DNA of 64,000 nucleotides from Spirochaetaceae bacterium. GTDB lineage: Bacteria; Spirochaetota; Spirochaetia; DSM-2461. The position numbers and the translations under genes are program-made. The notes under the pieces are model-generated. The model did not search any database. It saw only the letters and a list, made by a program, of their open reading frames with translations, and was not told the DNA's origin. This document shows, piece after piece, positions 61,281 through 64,000 of the stretch. The stretch is taken from NCBI GenBank assembly GCA_051531975.1, contig JAOPTT010000012.1:95783-159782 (forward strand), in the 5' to 3' direction. The first letter of the stretch is position 1. The number at the start of each line of letters is the position of its first letter.

Positions 61281-61745
61281 TTAACCTTCTGTACCAACAT
61301 CCAAAGGGATATAATCTATATTTTGCGAAAAACTTAGATCCTCTAAAGGTATCCACTTTTTACCAGATTTAGTAAAAGTAAGATTTAAGTTTTTATAATC
61401 ATCTGACATTTTCAACTTTATTGAAACGTTAACATTTTTTTGTATTTTTTTAATTTCTAATATTTCCCAACTTTCTATACTTACAAATATGCTAATAATC
61501 TCTTTTGACTGTGATTCTTCAAGAGTTGTTATATATTTATTTAGTCCAGGGATGTCTTTAAAATCGCCAAGTTTAAGATTATTCATAATAGAATTTGTCT
61601 CTAATGTTATCTCATTTTTGTAGTTATTAAGGCCACAGGAATTAAATAACAAGATAATAGATAATATTAAAAAGAATTTGTTTATAAAAAAACCCGTAAA
61701 GGTTAATAAATTAACTTTTCGGGTTTTATAGTGGGCATTTACCAT
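61281..61745 (-). CDS. putative lipoprotein (true start probably downstream of 61745)
   Basis: LFNSC lipobox; the 5' part of the ORF overlaps a terminator-like hairpin. Confidence 0.55.
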   Translation of the reverse strand: MVNAHYKTRKVNLLTFTGFFINKFFLILSIILLFNSCGLNNYKNEITLETNSIMNNLKLGDFKDIPGLNKYITTLEESQSKEIISIFVSIESWEILEIKKIQKNVNVSIKLKMSDDYKNLNLTFTKSGKKWIPLEDLSFSQNIDYIPLDVGTEG

Positions 61746-62113
61746 TTAATAACTGTACCTGAAATATTGTAGTGCACAGGACTATAAATAGCTCCTGTAA
61801 TACCTGCTAATATCAAGTCCATTAAAGTTGCTTCTTGAACAATTTTAATATTAATAGCAGCATCTCCACCAGCTGCATTAATTTCTTCCATAATTGCTGC
61901 TTTAACAGCTGGATCCATTGCATCGGCAGTCATGTTTACAAGGTTTGCTCCACCTGGCGAACCTAATAACTCAACAACCTGAATTGTTATAGCAAAGTCA
62001 CTAACAACTTCATTCGTTGGTAAATTCTTAGACATTTGTAAACCGGAAAAAGATGCGGTTGTACAAGCCATCATTGCCATAGATAATACTAAAGCGATCA
62101 CAATTTTTTTCAT
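61739..62113 (-). CDS. lipoprotein
   Basis: MKK..hydrophobic..MMAC; AAGGAG upstream. Confidence 0.8.
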   Translation of the reverse strand: MKKIVIALVLSMAMMACTTASFSGLQMSKNLPTNEVVSDFAITIQVVELLGSPGGANLVNMTADAMDPAVKAAIMEEINAAGGDAAINIKIVQEATLMDLILAGITGAIYSPVHYNISGTVIKW

Positions 62114-62232
62114 TTTTTAACTCCTTAATGATTTTAACTTAAACTCATTATATTATAATTCAACTTAAAATCAATTATTTTTATTTTTTTCATAATTTTT
62201 TTAGTAATTTTTTTTATATTAATTCATAATTC

Positions 62233-62577
62233 CTATTTAAATCCTATAAAAAAGACTCCAAGACAAATACACCCTATACCTATTAGTTTAAATAGGGTTA
62301 CTGCTTCACCTAAAAACATAGATGAAGCAAAAATTACTAAAATAAAAGATACACTAGATGAAGGGTATGCAATACTTAGGGGTAGAACCTTAAGGACATT
62401 TAACCAGACAACAAAACCTGCTATGTAACAAAACCCTCCAATTAATATAAAAGGAGTTGTAAGGGCTCCTCCAAGAGTTAAGTTACTGGTTAGGCTAACA
62501 CCTTTTTTCATTAATATTTGCCCACTAACTGTAAATGAGATAGTTAATAGAAGTAATAATGCACCTTTTAATGTCAT
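62233..62577 (-). CDS. small EamA/SMR-like transporter (ArnE/F-like)
   Basis: GQILMKKG, PLS.AYP, 4 TM segments. Confidence 0.8.
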   Translation of the reverse strand: MTLKGALLLLLTISFTVSGQILMKKGVSLTSNLTLGGALTTPFILIGGFCYIAGFVVWLNVLKVLPLSIAYPSSSVSFILVIFASSMFLGEAVTLFKLIGIGCICLGVFFIGFK

Positions 62578-64000
62578 TTATTACCCCTTGATGAAACAAG
62601 ATCACGTCTTGCGTAACACTTCTCTGCAAACATTGCCATTTCAGCCTCAAGGTTCGACAGTTCTGAATCACCAAATACTCCAACTAAGTATGGAATTACT
62701 TTTTTAGAAGCGTCTGTTTCCTTAGATCTCTGTTGGTCAATTAGACTCTGAATCTTAGAGGTTGCAACACACTCTTGCATACAACCAAATGGTTCAACAT
62801 GGTAGATACCATGAAGTCCTTCAGGGTTATCTGTCATGAACATATATGATGTTCCAATAGATATTCCTGCTTCACCTTTAATTCTAATGTTAAAAATATT
62901 GAATTTCTCAAGTAGGTTATATATCTGTATAGGTCTTATTTGTTCTCTATCTGCTAGATACTTCTTAAATGGTTTATAGAAAGCTTTTTCTACTTGATGC
63001 ATATACATCCCTTTAATTTTAGCAACAAACCAGTGGGAGAATCTTTTCTCTTTCCAGAAGGCTGCACTCTGCATCTTATTGTTATACTCCATCATATCCG
63101 CTGTTAATCTTGGTGCAACCTCTAGTTTATGACTCTCAAGTTTTAAAATTGAGTTCTCATTTGAACCTGCATGGCTTCTTACAAATATTTCACCAAACAT
63201 TCCAACTTTTGGATACCTATTATCTATAACTGAAATTTGAGAAGTTTTAAACGCCGCCTTCTGCATTAGTTTAACCATAGACTTAAAATCACTACCTGCT
63301 TCAATTATACCAAGTAACTCTTTATGAATAGTATCAAGGACTCTCTCGGTTTCACCTTTCACCTTCTCATATGGTCTAGTCCTTAATTTAGCGTTATATA
63401 AAATATCACTAAAAACTTGAGACTTAGCTAGACCTTTTCTAATTAGACCTCTTTCCTCTTTAGGTAGGGGAATATTCTCCCAGTCTAAATATGCAGCAGG
63501 TTTTACAATTAAAACTCCTTGGAATCCACACTGATCTAGAAAGTATCTTGTTATTATATGGTACTGTCCAAGACGACAAGGTCCCCCGGCCATAGGTATT
63601 AACAGGGCTAACTGGGTATTAGGATCGTAACCCTCCCTCTGTTTCTGGTATATCCATGCAATACAGTCACCAAATAGAATATGCATTGGTAGACAGTTAT
63701 TTGTAATAAGATACTTTCTACTATAATATTCAGTTTCTGCAGTTTTAGTTGGCATAACTTCAGATTTTGCACCTACAGATGTAAATACAGCAGCGAAAGT
63801 TTCAGAAACCTCTAGTCCCATATTAGGCACACCCATAATTCTATCTTTTAAATTATCGGAAGATAAAATTGGATTTTTTAAGTCCTCTAAAGTTACCTCT
63901 TTAGGAACATGATTTTTAACTACTTCATAATTAGCCATAGCCCTAGTTCCAAATTGAGCATTACTATTATGACCATCGGTTTGAAGGGTTAGGTAAGGTT
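62574..64000 (-). CDS. C-terminal part of an acyl-CoA dehydratase-activase-related protein (5' end outside the window)
   Basis: Frame is open to the window edge (PYLTLQTDGH..); CLP, GPCRLGQY, GEIFVR, PFGCM. Confidence 0.75.
   Translation of the reverse strand, partial: PYLTLQTDGHNSNAQFGTRAMANYEVVKNHVPKEVTLEDLKNPILSSDNLKDRIMGVPNMGLEVSETFAAVFTSVGAKSEVMPTKTAETEYYSRKYLITNNCLPMHILFGDCIAWIYQKQREGYDPNTQLALLIPMAGGPCRLGQYHIITRYFLDQCGFQGVLIVKPAAYLDWENIPLPKEERGLIRKGLAKSQVFSDILYNAKLRTRPYEKVKGETERVLDTIHKELLGIIEAGSDFKSMVKLMQKAAFKTSQISVIDNRYPKVGMFGEIFVRSHAGSNENSILKLESHKLEVAPRLTADMMEYNNKMQSAAFWKEKRFSHWFVAKIKGMYMHQVEKAFYKPFKKYLADREQIRPIQIYNLLEKFNIFNIRIKGEAGISIGTSYMFMTDNPEGLHGIYHVEPFGCMQECVATSKIQSLIDQQRSKETDASKKVIPYLVGVFGDSELSNLEAEMAMFAEKCYARRDLVSSRGNK

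Overview
Low-GC bacterial chromosomal window, probably from a free-living anaerobic spirochaete (inferred from gene content). About 1-35.8 kb and 59-64 kb are mostly housekeeping and sugar-utilisation genes: GGDEF/HDOD signalling, an attenuated aminotransferase, MoxR-DUF58, LemA-TPM, pyrKD, rpmB, miaB-mtaB, sigma54-type amtB-glnK, galM, TRAP and a GntR regulator. The main finding is at 35.9-49.9 kb. One intact recQ is preceded by four further same-strand, divergent, partial recQ copies, each separated by different cargo (two toxin-antitoxin pairs, a dead IS, kinase/regulator genes, a diguanylate cyclase). Three copies start at an identical 20-bp motif about 52 bp upstream of the ATG. The two longest displaced copies stop at the same codon of helicase motif V (AYGM|) and continue into a shared 33-bp non-recQ sequence. 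The copies differ largely synonymously, are mosaics of each other, and are broadly more decayed with distance. This suggests a recQ-anchored cassette-capture array; no recombinase is encoded in it. Other findings: a leader-peptide attenuator, a GntR operator shared by promoters about 25 kb apart, a CTG-initiated regulator and a PHP-NimA fusion.
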